DNA of 64,000 nucleotides from Candidatus Omnitrophota bacterium (GCA_028699255.1 JAQVUX010000002.1:11711-75710), one strand, 5' to 3'; positions 21,303 to 31,313 are shown, counted from the stretch's first letter. Notes: generated by a model from the sequence alone, not told the origin. Numbers and translations: made by a program.

Positions 21303-22843
21303 TGCAAAAAGAGGTAGTCCTCGGCAATGTCGAGGCCCACTGGCGCCCTTCGCATAATCCATGGCTGATCTGCGCCGCGGTTATGTTGGCGACCATCATC
21401 GAGGTTTTGGATACTACTATCACCAACGTTGCTATGCCGAACATCGCCGGCAACCTGGGGGTAACTACGCATGAAGCCACATGGGTGTTAACAAGCTACC
21501 TTGTGGCGAATGCGATAATTTTGCCGGCGGCCGCCTGGTTGGGCGGATTTTTCGGGAGGAAACGGCTACTTATAAGCTGTATTATTTTATTTACCGTAGC
21601 GTCTTTATTATGCGGTTTTGCCAATAGCCTGGGTTTTTTGCTTTTTGCCAGGGTTTTTCAAGGATTGGGCGGCGGCGCGTTGATGCCGATATCGCAAGCG
21701 GTATTGCTCGAGACTTTTCCCAAGGAGAAGCACGGTATCGCGATGGCGGTCTTCGCGGTTGGCGTTATCGTCGCGCCCATAGTGGGCCCGATCATAGGAG
21801 GGTGGCTTACCGATAATTATTCCTGGCGTTGGGTATTTTTTATCAATCTGCCTATAGGGATAATAGCTGTCATGATGGCCAAGACATTTATAGAGGATCC
21901 GCCGTATATTAAGAAGGAGAAGACGATGATCGATTACGTCGGTTTCTCTTTCATGGCGATAGGATTAGGCGCTTTGCAGATCGTGCTGGATAAAGGGCAG
22001 GAGGTTGATTGGTTCCAATCGCCCTGGCTTTGCAAGATGTCGGTGCTTACCTGTATCGCCCTTATAGTATTTGTTTTTTGGGAATTGCGGGTAAAGCATC
22101 CCGTAGTTAATTTTCAAATATTAAAAGACAGGAATTTTTCCGGAGGATTGATAGCGGCTACGTTTATAGGCGCCTCCATGTACGGCATCATGACTTTAAT
22201 GCCGCTATTTTATCAAACGCTTCTCGGTTATTCCGCTTATTTAGGCGGGCTGGCGTCTGCCGTTCTCGGAATAGGGGCGTTCGTTTCAGCCATAGCTGTC
22301 GGGATATTGAGCAGACGTTTCGACGGACGGATATTTTTTGTGCTGGGTATGTCAATCCTGGGTGTAGCCTGTTTTTATATGGCCGGCATTAATCTGCAGA
22401 TCGGTATTTTCAGCATGTTAGTGCCTACCATCGCTATCGGTTTCGGGATAAGCACAGCCTTTGTTCCGCTGTCGGTGCTTGCCGTCGGGAATCTCGCGAA
22501 CAAGGATATGGGGAACGGCTCGGGCCTTTTTAATCTCATGAGGAATATAGGAGGAAGCATAGGCATAGCGATGACCACAACGATGCTTTCGCGTATGTCG
22601 CAGGTGCATCAGACATTTCTCGTAGGACACCTTACGCCGTATGATGCCGTGTATCGGCAGACATCTCAGGCTATGGGTCGCGGAATGGGCGATGGCTTGA
22701 TCTATCAAAACTTATTGCGTCAATCCGCGCTTCTTGCGTATATAGATAGTTTCTATTCGTTTGGCGCGATGGCTATTCTGTGCGCATTTACGGTGTTCCT
22801 CTTCCGTAAGGTTAAAAATACGGGAATGATCGCGGCGCATTAA
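21302..22843 (+). CDS. MFS drug:H+ antiporter, DHA2 (EmrB/QacA) family, 14 TM
   Basis: MFS motif A (GFFGRKRLL). 14 predicted TM segments. ATGA overlap with the adaptor gene. Confidence 0.85.
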   Translation: MQKEVVLGNVEAHWRPSHNPWLICAAVMLATIIEVLDTTITNVAMPNIAGNLGVTTHEATWVLTSYLVANAIILPAAAWLGGFFGRKRLLISCIILFTVASLLCGFANSLGFLLFARVFQGLGGGALMPISQAVLLETFPKEKHGIAMAVFAVGVIVAPIVGPIIGGWLTDNYSWRWVFFINLPIGIIAVMMAKTFIEDPPYIKKEKTMIDYVGFSFMAIGLGALQIVLDKGQEVDWFQSPWLCKMSVLTCIALIVFVFWELRVKHPVVNFQILKDRNFSGGLIAATFIGASMYGIMTLMPLFYQTLLGYSAYLGGLASAVLGIGAFVSAIAVGILSRRFDGRIFFVLGMSILGVACFYMAGINLQIGIFSMLVPTIAIGFGISTAFVPLSVLAVGNLANKDMGNGSGLFNLMRNIGGSIGIAMTTTMLSRMSQVHQTFLVGHLTPYDAVYRQTSQAMGRGMGDGLIYQNLLRQSALLAYIDSFYSFGAMAILCAFTVFLFRKVKNTGMIAAH

Positions 22844-22865
22844 GTTTATACATGAAGAGGTAAAC

Positions 22866-22958
22866 ATGGCGAGCAAAAAGACATGGATAATCTGGATATC
22901 GATAATATTATTTTATGCAATATCCGCCGCCATCGCGTTTTTAGTTCAAAAAAAATAA
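22866..22958 (+). CDS. Possible 30-aa single-TM small protein
   Basis: [30 protein letters not shown], with a GAGG RBS 6 nt upstream. Not in the supplied ORF track because it is shorter than 60 aa. Confidence 0.25.
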   Translation: MASKKTWIIWISIILFYAISAAIAFLVQKK

Positions 22959-22968
22959 GGAGCAGTGC

Positions 22969-23955
22969 ATGAAGATAAGGGAATTAGCAAAGATGATAGG
23001 TGGTGCGGTTGAAGGTGACGGCAATATCGATATAAACGGAGTAAGCGGCGTAGAGACCGCAAAATCCGGAGATATGGCGTTTGCGCTTAACGAAGAAAGG
23101 CTGTCGGGCGCCGAAAAAAGTAACGTCTCCTGCGTATTGACAAATAAAACCATAAGAAAATCCACAAAAACTCTTATACGGGTAACGAACCCAAAACTAT
23201 CCTTTCTTATAAGCAGTAATATATTGAATGTGCCGCCGGTCAGGGAGTCGTTCATACATCCGACAGCCGTTGTTTCCGATAAAGCTCATCTCGGAAAAGG
23301 GGTGTGGATCGGTTCGGGCGTATCGATAGAAGAAGGCGTGATAATCGGAGATCATGTAATTATAGAGTCCAATTCCGTAATAAAGAAAAATTGCGAAATG
23401 GGTTCGTTTTGCCATATTCACCCTAATGTAACGCTGTATGAAAATACTATATTACAGAAAAATGTTATCCTGCATAGCGGTGTGGTGGCAGGGTCGGACG
23501 GATTTGGATATGTAAAAGATAATGGCAGCGTATATAAGTTCCCTCAGCTTGGAAAAGTAATTATCAGAGACAACGTCGAAATAGGCGCGAATACTACCAT
23601 AGATAAGGGGTCTTTGAGCGATACGATAATAGATGAGGGCACAAAAATAGATAATCTTTGCCAGATCGCTCACAACGTGAAGATCGGGAAAAATATGCTG
23701 ATGGCCGCGCAATGCGGCATTTCCGGGAGCACTACCGTCGGGAACAACGTAACGATAGGCGGACAGGCGGGGATCGCGGATAATGTTACGATCGGCAATG
23801 ACGTAATTATAGGCGCTAAAAGCGCGGTTATCGGCAATGTAAAAAGCGGCGCTATCGTTTGGGGTATCCCGGCCAGGCCGATCGCCCAGACAAAGCGTCA
23901 AATGGCAGTTCTTTCGTGGATAACCAAAAACTTTAAAAAAATAAGCAGATCATAA
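22969..23955 (+). CDS. lpxD: UDP-3-O-acylglucosamine N-acyltransferase
   Basis: N-terminal LpxD domain plus a long left-handed beta-helix of hexapeptide repeats ([13 protein letters not shown]..., [31 protein letters not shown]). Confidence 0.85.
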   Translation: MKIRELAKMIGGAVEGDGNIDINGVSGVETAKSGDMAFALNEERLSGAEKSNVSCVLTNKTIRKSTKTLIRVTNPKLSFLISSNILNVPPVRESFIHPTAVVSDKAHLGKGVWIGSGVSIEEGVIIGDHVIIESNSVIKKNCEMGSFCHIHPNVTLYENTILQKNVILHSGVVAGSDGFGYVKDNGSVYKFPQLGKVIIRDNVEIGANTTIDKGSLSDTIIDEGTKIDNLCQIAHNVKIGKNMLMAAQCGISGSTTVGNNVTIGGQAGIADNVTIGNDVIIGAKSAVIGNVKSGAIVWGIPARPIAQTKRQMAVLSWITKNFKKISRS

Positions 23956-23964
23956 AAAATTGGA

Positions 23965-23985
23965 GCGTGTTAAAACGCAACACGC
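23965..23985. terminator. Short stem-loop between convergent lpxD and the zinc-ribbon gene
   Basis: GCGTGTT-aaaacgc-AACACGC. Confidence 0.3.
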
Positions 23986-24018
23986 CCCAATAACATACAT
24001 CTATAGCTATAACCCTAT

Positions 24019-24183
24019 TTAACGCCCGCTATCCTTGCGCTTAGAGAAACAATCCTTGCAATATACCGGACGATCTTCTCTGGGCTTAAATGGCACTTCA
24101 CATTCTTTCTTACACTCAGCGCATACCGCTTTGTGCATCTCTCTTGGACCTGAACCGAAACTGCCGCCTCCCTGATAACCCAT
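24019..24183 (-). CDS. Small (54 aa) Gly-rich CxxC...CxxC zinc-ribbon protein
   Basis: MGYQGGGSFGSGPREMHKAVCAECKKECEVPFKPREDRPVYCKDCFSKRKDSGR. A GGAGG RBS lies 4 nt upstream of the ATG. The longer annotated ORF (to 24465) has no RBS and runs into the divergent promoter region. Confidence 0.5.
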   Translation of the reverse strand: MGYQGGGSFGSGPREMHKAVCAECKKECEVPFKPREDRPVYCKDCFSKRKDSGR

Positions 24184-24397
24184 ACAGCCTCCTTTTTGCA
24201 GTAGTATACCTTTAAATGTGATAAAACACAATACAATTAAAAAAAATATTAAAATATCTTGATTTTTAGGTAAAAAAATGTTATAAATAAAAAACAACAT
24301 TGTGATAGTTCCGGGTTTAAAGGTGGGTCTGGATTCGCAATAACGAGAAACCTTTGTTGACGCGATATTATTATCGGCCAATGGAGGTTTTATTTTT

Positions 24398-26194
24398 ATG
24401 ATAGATTTTTTACCAAAACAACTTTTTCTGTTCGATCCTCTCGCTGTATTTTTCCTCGCAGTCATCGCTCTGGTGTGCGTTCCTTCGGCGATATTCTCAA
24501 TCGGTTATATGCGCGAAGATTCACTAAGAAAGAGGGCTGTCTCCTGGGCGCTTCTGTCCGTATTTGTCCTGTCGATGTGTTTTGTAGCGACAGCGGGGAA
24601 CCTCTTCTCCTTCCTTATATTCTGGGAACTGATGTCGCTGGCGTCCTATTTTCTCGTTGTATCCGATTTTCGGCACGAAAAGTCTGTGCGCGCCGGAACG
24701 ATATACCTTATCATGACTCACGCGGGCACCGCTTGCCTTATGGCCGCGTTCTTCATCCTGTATAACCACGCGGGATCTTTTGATTATAACGCGGTCAAGG
24801 AAGCCGCGTTATTGCTTGCGCCGCAGGAACGCAATATAATATTTCTGCTGTTATTTACCGGTTTTGCCGTAAAAGCGGGCGTGGTGCCATTTCATATATG
24901 GCTACCTTACGCGCATCCTCAGGCCCCGAGCCATGTTTCGAGCATCATGTCGGGCGTTATGATAAAGATAGCGGTATATGGCATGATCAGGTTTTTTGTA
25001 ACGCTCCTTGGGCCAGCTCCCGCCTGGTGGGGCGCCGTCATCCTCGCGTTTGGAATAATCTCATGCCTTGCCGGCGTGATCTATGCCCTCATGGACCAGG
25101 ACCTTAAAAGGTTGCTTGCGTACAGTAGCGTAGAGAATGTCGGTATAATACTTCTATGCGTTGGCACCGCGATATTCTTTAACTCCCTCGGCGTAAATGC
25201 GGTTGCGGCACTTGCCATGTGCGCAGGGTTATATCATCTGGTCAATCACGCGTTATTCAAAGGCCTGCTTTTCTTATGCTCGGGGAGTATATTCAAGGCG
25301 ACTCATCTGCGTGACATGGAGAAGATGGGCGGCCTCATAAAGACCATGCCTCTTACGGCGATATTTTTTCTTATAGGCGCGATGGGTATCTCCGCACTGC
25401 CGCCTTTAAACGGCTTCGTCGGCGAATGGCTTGCATTCCAGGCGTTTTTTGCAGGAGTTTTACAATCGCAGGGCGCGGTTAAGCTGGCCATGGTATTGGC
25501 CGGCGCGGCGCTGGCCTTGACCAGCGGACTTGCGGCGGCATGTTTTGTCAAAGCGTTTGGTATAACTTTTCTCGCCCTGCCGCGCAGTCCGCGCGCCGAA
25601 GGCGCAAGGGAGGCGGGATTTGCGATGAAGGCGGGGATGGCGCTTCTGGCCGTGCCGGTAGCGCTCTTTGGTATCGGCGCCGGATTTATAGCCCCCGTTA
25701 TTTTAAAGATCTCCGGCGCGGTGCTCGGTATCGAAAGTATTCAGCCGCCGTTTTACATGGTCTGCGTACTGCCGCCCGTTATCGCTGTTGCGCTTGCTTT
25801 TATCGGGATAGCGGTTTTCTTATGGTTCAAGTTCGGCCTGCGCCGCGCGCAGGTCAGTTGCAACACATGGGATTGCGGATATTACTCCATAGACAGCCGC
25901 AATGAATACACCTCGACCGCTTTTTCGAAACCTTTCAGGATCGCGTTCAGCTTTTTCCTTTTGCCGTACCGTAAAAGCGAAAAGATAAGAGATTCTTTTT
26001 ATCATGTGCGTACGTTTACATATCAGACGCACACTACCAAGGTATTCAAACACTATTTTTATGAGCCGGCGGTGAATCTGATATACTCGGCCGCGTTCAA
26101 AATGCGGAAGCTTCAACCCGGCAGTATTCATTTGTATATCCTGTACGTTTTTATTACTCTGGCGGGCCTTTTGGCCTTTATGGGAATGTTTTAA
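24398..26194 (+). CDS. NuoL/MrpA/HyfB-like antiporter-type membrane subunit (EhrA-like)
   Basis: About 15 TM segments. Proton-pumping antiporter-type blocks (WLPYAHPQAPSHVSSIMSGVMIKIAVYG, LLAYSSVENVGIIL). Confidence 0.8.
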   Translation: MIDFLPKQLFLFDPLAVFFLAVIALVCVPSAIFSIGYMREDSLRKRAVSWALLSVFVLSMCFVATAGNLFSFLIFWELMSLASYFLVVSDFRHEKSVRAGTIYLIMTHAGTACLMAAFFILYNHAGSFDYNAVKEAALLLAPQERNIIFLLLFTGFAVKAGVVPFHIWLPYAHPQAPSHVSSIMSGVMIKIAVYGMIRFFVTLLGPAPAWWGAVILAFGIISCLAGVIYALMDQDLKRLLAYSSVENVGIILLCVGTAIFFNSLGVNAVAALAMCAGLYHLVNHALFKGLLFLCSGSIFKATHLRDMEKMGGLIKTMPLTAIFFLIGAMGISALPPLNGFVGEWLAFQAFFAGVLQSQGAVKLAMVLAGAALALTSGLAAACFVKAFGITFLALPRSPRAEGAREAGFAMKAGMALLAVPVALFGIGAGFIAPVILKISGAVLGIESIQPPFYMVCVLPPVIAVALAFIGIAVFLWFKFGLRRAQVSCNTWDCGYYSIDSRNEYTSTAFSKPFRIAFSFFLLPYRKSEKIRDSFYHVRTFTYQTHTTKVFKHYFYEPAVNLIYSAAFKMRKLQPGSIHLYILYVFITLAGLLAFMGMF

Positions 26195-26197
26195 ATC

Positions 26198-27082
26198 ATG
26201 ACAATATTATATAACGTTATCATTATCGGGATGGAAACGGTTTTACTGGCGGCTCTCGCGCCGCTTTTAAGCGGTTTCATACGGAAGTTAAAGAATAATT
26301 TCCGCATGAGAAAAGGGCAGGGCATATTTTGGCCATATTATAATTTACGAAAATTGTTTTCGAAGAACGAGGTCATTTCGAAAAACGTTTCGTGGATATT
26401 TTATACTGCGCCGGTAGTCGTATTCGCAACGAGCGCGCTGGCGCTATATTTGATATTGTTTGCCCGGATATGTCCTCCTGCGAATAGCGGGGTGGCGGTT
26501 ATCATAGCGGCTTTTTTTATCTTAAGCCTGGGGCGATTCTTTTTGGCGCTCTCCGGGCTCGACACCGCCTCGGCTTTCGGCGGGATGGGGTCTTCCAGAG
26601 AAATGTTCGTCTCGAGCTTTGCCGAGCCGACGATATTTGTCGCGGTATTCGCGTTATGCATGGGCACCGGCACCACGTTCAAGGTATCAGGCATACTCGC
26701 GGGGTGCGCGCTTTTGATGGCGGCGATCGCCGAGACATCGCGTATTCCCGTCGATAACCAGGAGACGCATCTCGAGCTTACGATGGTGCACGAAGCGATG
26801 GTGCTTGAACATTCGGGGAGGAGCCTGGCGCTCATAGAGCTGGCAAGCCATGTAAAACAGATGCTATTTTTCGTACTTATCGCCGGGTGTTTTTTCATGC
26901 CCGTAGAAGCAGGGCGCTGGGGCTGGGCGCTATTCCCGATAAAGATCGCCGCCATAGGTCTTGTCATGGCGGTTATCGAGGTATCGGTGGCAAAGATGCG
27001 GTTATTCAGGGTTGTAGATTTTTTAAGCTTCGCTTTTTTTGTAGCGCTCGTCGCGACGATTACAGCGAGTTTGGGGTTGTAA
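26198..27082 (+). CDS. NuoH/HycD-like membrane subunit (EhrB-like)
   Basis: 8 TM segments. NuoH-family blocks (ETSRIPVDNQETHLEL, EHSGRSLALIE). Confidence 0.75.
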   Translation: MTILYNVIIIGMETVLLAALAPLLSGFIRKLKNNFRMRKGQGIFWPYYNLRKLFSKNEVISKNVSWIFYTAPVVVFATSALALYLILFARICPPANSGVAVIIAAFFILSLGRFFLALSGLDTASAFGGMGSSREMFVSSFAEPTIFVAVFALCMGTGTTFKVSGILAGCALLMAAIAETSRIPVDNQETHLELTMVHEAMVLEHSGRSLALIELASHVKQMLFFVLIAGCFFMPVEAGRWGWALFPIKIAAIGLVMAVIEVSVAKMRLFRVVDFLSFAFFVALVATITASLGL

Positions 27083-27086
27083 AATT

Positions 27087-27725
27087 ATGATGATAAACTT
27101 TCTTTTAAGCGGCTTCCTTGTGGTTACGTTTCTTCTGGTCATTGCCAAAAGAGTGACCGCTCTCATACGGGCATTCATGGCTCAGGCGATATTCTTGTTT
27201 CTTTATACTTTATATATGGGCTTTAGCCAGTTGCATATGGAATTATTTATCGTCTGCGGGCTGATCCTCGTATTAAAAGTCATAGCCATACCATTCATGC
27301 TGAAACGTATCGTGCGCCGTATTAATGTAGAAGAGGACTTGGGGCTTCTCATAAATCCGCAGGTTTCCATGGTGATAGCGCTCGTTTTTACATATCTTTC
27401 ATATATTTTCGCGCGCCACACCATGGCGCTTACCGACTTCGCTCATTCGGCGGCTTTCATAGTTTCGCTTACTACGGTGTGCGTCGGATTCTTTCTTATG
27501 GTTAGCAGGATGAAGGCGCTAAGCCAGGTCATCGGGCTTCTTGTAATGGAAAACGGCATATTCCTGGCGGCGGGCGCTATAGCAGGCGGCATGCCGTTCT
27601 TCGTCGAGATAGCGCTCTTCTTCGACGTATTTGTCTTCATTATAATATTGGAAGTTTTCGTATATAAGGTAAACAGGCTTTTTACGCATATCGACACATC
27701 AAAGATGAAGTCGCTTAAAGGTTAA
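27087..27725 (+). CDS. HyfE-like small membrane subunit (EhrC-like)
   Basis: 212 aa with 6-7 TM segments, positioned between the NuoH-like and NuoM/N-like genes as in hyf/ehr operons. Confidence 0.65.
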   Translation: MMINFLLSGFLVVTFLLVIAKRVTALIRAFMAQAIFLFLYTLYMGFSQLHMELFIVCGLILVLKVIAIPFMLKRIVRRINVEEDLGLLINPQVSMVIALVFTYLSYIFARHTMALTDFAHSAAFIVSLTTVCVGFFLMVSRMKALSQVIGLLVMENGIFLAAGAIAGGMPFFVEIALFFDVFVFIIILEVFVYKVNRLFTHIDTSKMKSLKG

Positions 27726-27728
27726 TTT

Positions 27729-29192
27729 ATGCTTATCGCAACGATAATATTTATACCGATCCTCCTGACGATCCTTTCATCCTTTATCAAGAAAGTGAAA
27801 ATACTCGGCATGGTGAATGCGTTCGGCTATCTGGCGCTTCTGGCCGCATTTGTATTCTTCATGAAGGACTTTTTAGCAAAGGGAAGCTCCGCGGTAAGTT
27901 TGTGGGGATGGATATATGTCGATTCGCTCAGTGTCTTCTTTTTATTCACTACCGCCGTTGTTAGTTTCGCCGCAAGCGTATATTCGATAGGATACATCCG
28001 TCAGGAAGTGGAAAACTCGGAGATATCTGTCCGTAAGGCGTCCGGGTATTTTCAGTTATTCAATCTTTTCTCATTCACGATGCTCATGGTTCCCGTCCTG
28101 AACAATCTGGCGTTGATCTGGATCGCGATAGAGATGACGACGCTCATCTCGGCGTTCCTCGTCGGTTTTCACAATGTGAAAGAATCGATAGAGGCCGCCT
28201 GGAAATATATCGTTATATGTTCGGTAGGAATAGCGTTCGCGCTTTTAGGGATAATATTTTTCTACTACACATCTTCTAAAGATGCGGGCGTCAAGAGCCT
28301 GGAATGGGCGAGCATGCTTTCGGGGTCGGGGGCGTTCGACCCTAAGATCGTGAAGCTTGCGCTTATCTTTATCCTCGTCGGGTTCGGCACCAAGGCGGGA
28401 CTCGCGCCGATGCACAACTGGCTTCCCGACGCTCATAGCCAGGCCCTTTCGCCGGTGAGCGGGTTACTCTCGGGTGTGCTGATAAAAATATCCTTGTACG
28501 CAATGCTCCGTTTTGTGATGCTGGCGAATCTTTCCGTCGGATACGCGTTCAGCGCGAAGATATTCGTATTCTTCGGTATCGTTTCTATCGTGATAGCGGG
28601 CGCTTTTATACTTGTGCAAAAGGATTTGAAAAGACTGCTTGCGTATTCGACCGTTGAAAATATAGGGCTGGTGTCTCTGGCTCTCGGTCTTGGCCCATGT
28701 GGCGGCATATTCGCAGGCCTTCTCCAGGCATTTAATCACGCGGTTACCAAAGCGCTCATGTTCTTCTGCGCCGGAGAGGCGGTGCGCGCATACCATGGCA
28801 ATAGCATGAGCCGGATGCAGGGGATGATCAAGGTCGCGCCTTTTGCCGGGACGGCGATGTTCTTGGGTCTGTTCGCGTTGGTCGGCATGCCGCCTTTTTC
28901 CATATTTGTAAGCAAATTGATGATCCTGATATCTGTTTTTAACGGAAAACATTATCTTCTGGCCGCGATTATACTCGCTTTTATCGCCATGGCATTCGCG
29001 GGACTTCTGCATCATATAAGTAAAGTTGTTTTGGGGAACAAGCCCAATGCGGCGCAGGTCCGGAAAGAGCCGCTTAGCGCCAAGATAGCGCTGGTGTTTT
29101 TAGGTATCTTTATATTATGGTTCGGGTTGAATATTCCGAAGCCGTTTTTTGACCTGCTCGTAAGTTGCGAGCGTCTGATATTAGGAACGTAA
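27729..29192 (+). CDS. NuoM/NuoN/HyfF-like antiporter-type membrane subunit (EhrD-like)
   Basis: 14 TM segments. MHNWLPDAHSQALSPVSGLLSGVLIKISLYA and LLAYSTVENIGLV conserved blocks. Confidence 0.8.
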   Translation: MLIATIIFIPILLTILSSFIKKVKILGMVNAFGYLALLAAFVFFMKDFLAKGSSAVSLWGWIYVDSLSVFFLFTTAVVSFAASVYSIGYIRQEVENSEISVRKASGYFQLFNLFSFTMLMVPVLNNLALIWIAIEMTTLISAFLVGFHNVKESIEAAWKYIVICSVGIAFALLGIIFFYYTSSKDAGVKSLEWASMLSGSGAFDPKIVKLALIFILVGFGTKAGLAPMHNWLPDAHSQALSPVSGLLSGVLIKISLYAMLRFVMLANLSVGYAFSAKIFVFFGIVSIVIAGAFILVQKDLKRLLAYSTVENIGLVSLALGLGPCGGIFAGLLQAFNHAVTKALMFFCAGEAVRAYHGNSMSRMQGMIKVAPFAGTAMFLGLFALVGMPPFSIFVSKLMILISVFNGKHYLLAAIILAFIAMAFAGLLHHISKVVLGNKPNAAQVRKEPLSAKIALVFLGIFILWFGLNIPKPFFDLLVSCERLILGT

Positions 29193-29193
29193 G

Positions 29194-30777
29194 ATGAATA
29201 CCCAAGATTATATAAAGAACATTCTGGATTCCGCGAATATCAAGACGTCCGGGTTTGATATGTTGCGCCGGGACGAGTTGTATCTTACCGTTTCCGCCGC
29301 GGATTTTGCCGGAACATGCAGTCTCATGCATAAGAAGCTCGATTCTCCGGTGATGACATTTTTTGCCGAGGACCTGCGCGAGGCTTCGGGCGTCTTCGCG
29401 CTTTATTGCGGTTTCTTAAGCCTGCAGACGCGTTCCTGGATATTCGTCCGGCAGAATATCGCGCAGGATGATCCGGCGTTCGATTCGCTTGCGAAGAATA
29501 TTTATTCCGCCAGCCTGTTTGAGCGCGAGATAAAAGAGATGTTCGGGATAATGCCATCGGGCAACCCCGACTTAAGAAGGCTTAAGCTTCACGACGAGGT
29601 CTGGCCCGAAGGATATTACCCGCTTCGTAAAGATTTTATCGCGCCGCGCGATCTCCCCGCACCTGGTCCGGCGTATAGATTTAAACGCGTAGAAGGGGAA
29701 GGCATATTCGAGATTCCAGTCGGGCCGGTGCATGCCGGTATTATAGGGCCGGGCCATTTCAGGTTCAGCTCGGCGGGGGAACCGATAGTAAATCTGGAGT
29801 TGCGGCTCGGGTGGACGCATAGAGGCATCGAGAAGCTTCTCGAAGGTATGGATACCTCGGAGGCGGTAAAGATATTTGAACGCGTAAGCGGCGACACGGC
29901 ATTTGGCTACAGCCTCGCTTTCTGCCGTTCCGCGGAAAAGATATTTGGCATAGACGTTCCTGTAAGGGCGCAACTGCTTCGCGTGATATACCTGGAGCTC
30001 GAACGTTTGTATAATCACGCAAACGACATGGGCGGCATCGCCCTCGATGTAGGTTTCAGTTTCCCCGCGCAATTCGCGAGCCTGATAAAAGAATCGATAC
30101 TCCAGCTCAATCAGAAAATATCCGCTTCCCGATATCTTAAAGGTATTAACGCAGTCGGGGGGATTTTACAGGATATCGATAAAAATAAAGCCGTAATTAT
30201 CCGCGAGGCGCTTGGGAAGATAGAAAAAGATATCTGTTCTCTGGAAGATATGCTTTTAACGAGCGTCTCTTTTATGGATCGTGTCGACGCGACGGGGATT
30301 TTGCGCGCCAATACAGCCCGCGACCTCGGCATAACTGGTGTAGCCGCGCGCGCAAGCGGCATTGCGCTGGATTTGAGAAAGGCCTTGCCGGGTATTTACG
30401 ATACCCTATCTTTCGCCGCGGCGAAAGAGCATGCGGGCGATGTCGCTTCGCGCCTTAGGGTAAGAATCGCCGAATCGAAAGAGTCGTTTAGCCTTATTAG
30501 CCAATCCTTGGAAAAACTCAGTTCATGCAGTCCGGAAATCAAAGCTACGGGGCAAGTGAAGGAAGGGATTGCATTCGGCTATGTCGAGGCATGGCGCGGA
30601 GCTGTACTGGTCTGGATGAGGTTGGATCGCGACGGTAAGATAGCCAGATGCAAGATCGTGGATCCTTCTTTTCATAACTGGGACGCTCTCTCGTTTGCCG
30701 TTTTGGGAAACATTATTCCCGATTTTCCTTTATGCAATAAAAGTTTCGATCTATCATACGCGGGTAATGACCTATGA
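29194..30777 (+). CDS. Fused NuoC-NuoD / [NiFe]-hydrogenase-large-subunit-like protein lacking all four Ni-Fe-ligating cysteines (EhrL-like)
   Basis: N-terminal NuoC block (LFEREIKEMFGIMPSGNPDLRRL). NuoD/HycE-like body (VGPVHAGIIGPGHFRF). At the hydrogenase L1 CGxC position it reads ERVSGDTAFG. At the C-terminal DPCxxC position it reads DPSFHNW. Confidence 0.8.
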   Translation: MNTQDYIKNILDSANIKTSGFDMLRRDELYLTVSAADFAGTCSLMHKKLDSPVMTFFAEDLREASGVFALYCGFLSLQTRSWIFVRQNIAQDDPAFDSLAKNIYSASLFEREIKEMFGIMPSGNPDLRRLKLHDEVWPEGYYPLRKDFIAPRDLPAPGPAYRFKRVEGEGIFEIPVGPVHAGIIGPGHFRFSSAGEPIVNLELRLGWTHRGIEKLLEGMDTSEAVKIFERVSGDTAFGYSLAFCRSAEKIFGIDVPVRAQLLRVIYLELERLYNHANDMGGIALDVGFSFPAQFASLIKESILQLNQKISASRYLKGINAVGGILQDIDKNKAVIIREALGKIEKDICSLEDMLLTSVSFMDRVDATGILRANTARDLGITGVAARASGIALDLRKALPGIYDTLSFAAAKEHAGDVASRLRVRIAESKESFSLISQSLEKLSSCSPEIKATGQVKEGIAFGYVEAWRGAVLVWMRLDRDGKIARCKIVDPSFHNWDALSFAVLGNIIPDFPLCNKSFDLSYAGNDL

Positions 30778-31313
30778 ACTTTAGAATATTTAAAAGTAGC
30801 ATCGAAAAGGGCAGAGTTACGTTAAAACTCGACGAGGCCGGTATTGTCGCACTGCCCGAAATCGAAAATATCGGCCGGGATCTTAAAAGAGCTATTCACG
30901 CGAAGTTCGGCAGGTCGTTTCACATCCGCGAAGTCGATACCGGTTCATGCGGCGCATGCGAATCGGAGATAATCGCGTGCTCTAATCCTTTGTACGACAT
31001 ACAACGCTTCGGCATAGATTTCGTGGCCTCTCCACGCCACGCGGACGCGCTTCTTGTTACCGGGCCCGTTTCTAAGAACATGATCCTTGCCCTGAAGAAA
31101 ACATATGAGGCGATGCCTGAGCCGAAATTTGTGATTGCCCTGGGAGATTGTGCCAAGGACGGAGGGGCATTCAAAGGATCTTATTATACCCGCGACGGTG
31201 TAGAAAATATCCTGCCTGTTATTTTGCACATCCCTGGATGCCCACCGGATCCATTAACGATAATGCGTTCACTCCTGAGTTTTATGCACGATTTTCCTTG
31301 TCGCCGGGCATAA
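30774..31313 (+). CDS. NuoB/HycG-like small subunit with intact 4-Cys [4Fe-4S] site (EhrS-like)
   Basis: GSCGACESE, GDCA and PGCPP motifs. Confidence 0.85.
   Translation: MNFRIFKSSIEKGRVTLKLDEAGIVALPEIENIGRDLKRAIHAKFGRSFHIREVDTGSCGACESEIIACSNPLYDIQRFGIDFVASPRHADALLVTGPVSKNMILALKKTYEAMPEPKFVIALGDCAKDGGAFKGSYYTRDGVENILPVILHIPGCPPDPLTIMRSLLSFMHDFPCRRA

Noticed and set aside
26401-26967. 188-aa minus-strand ORF antisense to the NuoH-like gene (also 28464-29015, 29572-30072, 30920-31229)
   Set aside because: Shadow ORFs within a tightly coupled + strand operon.
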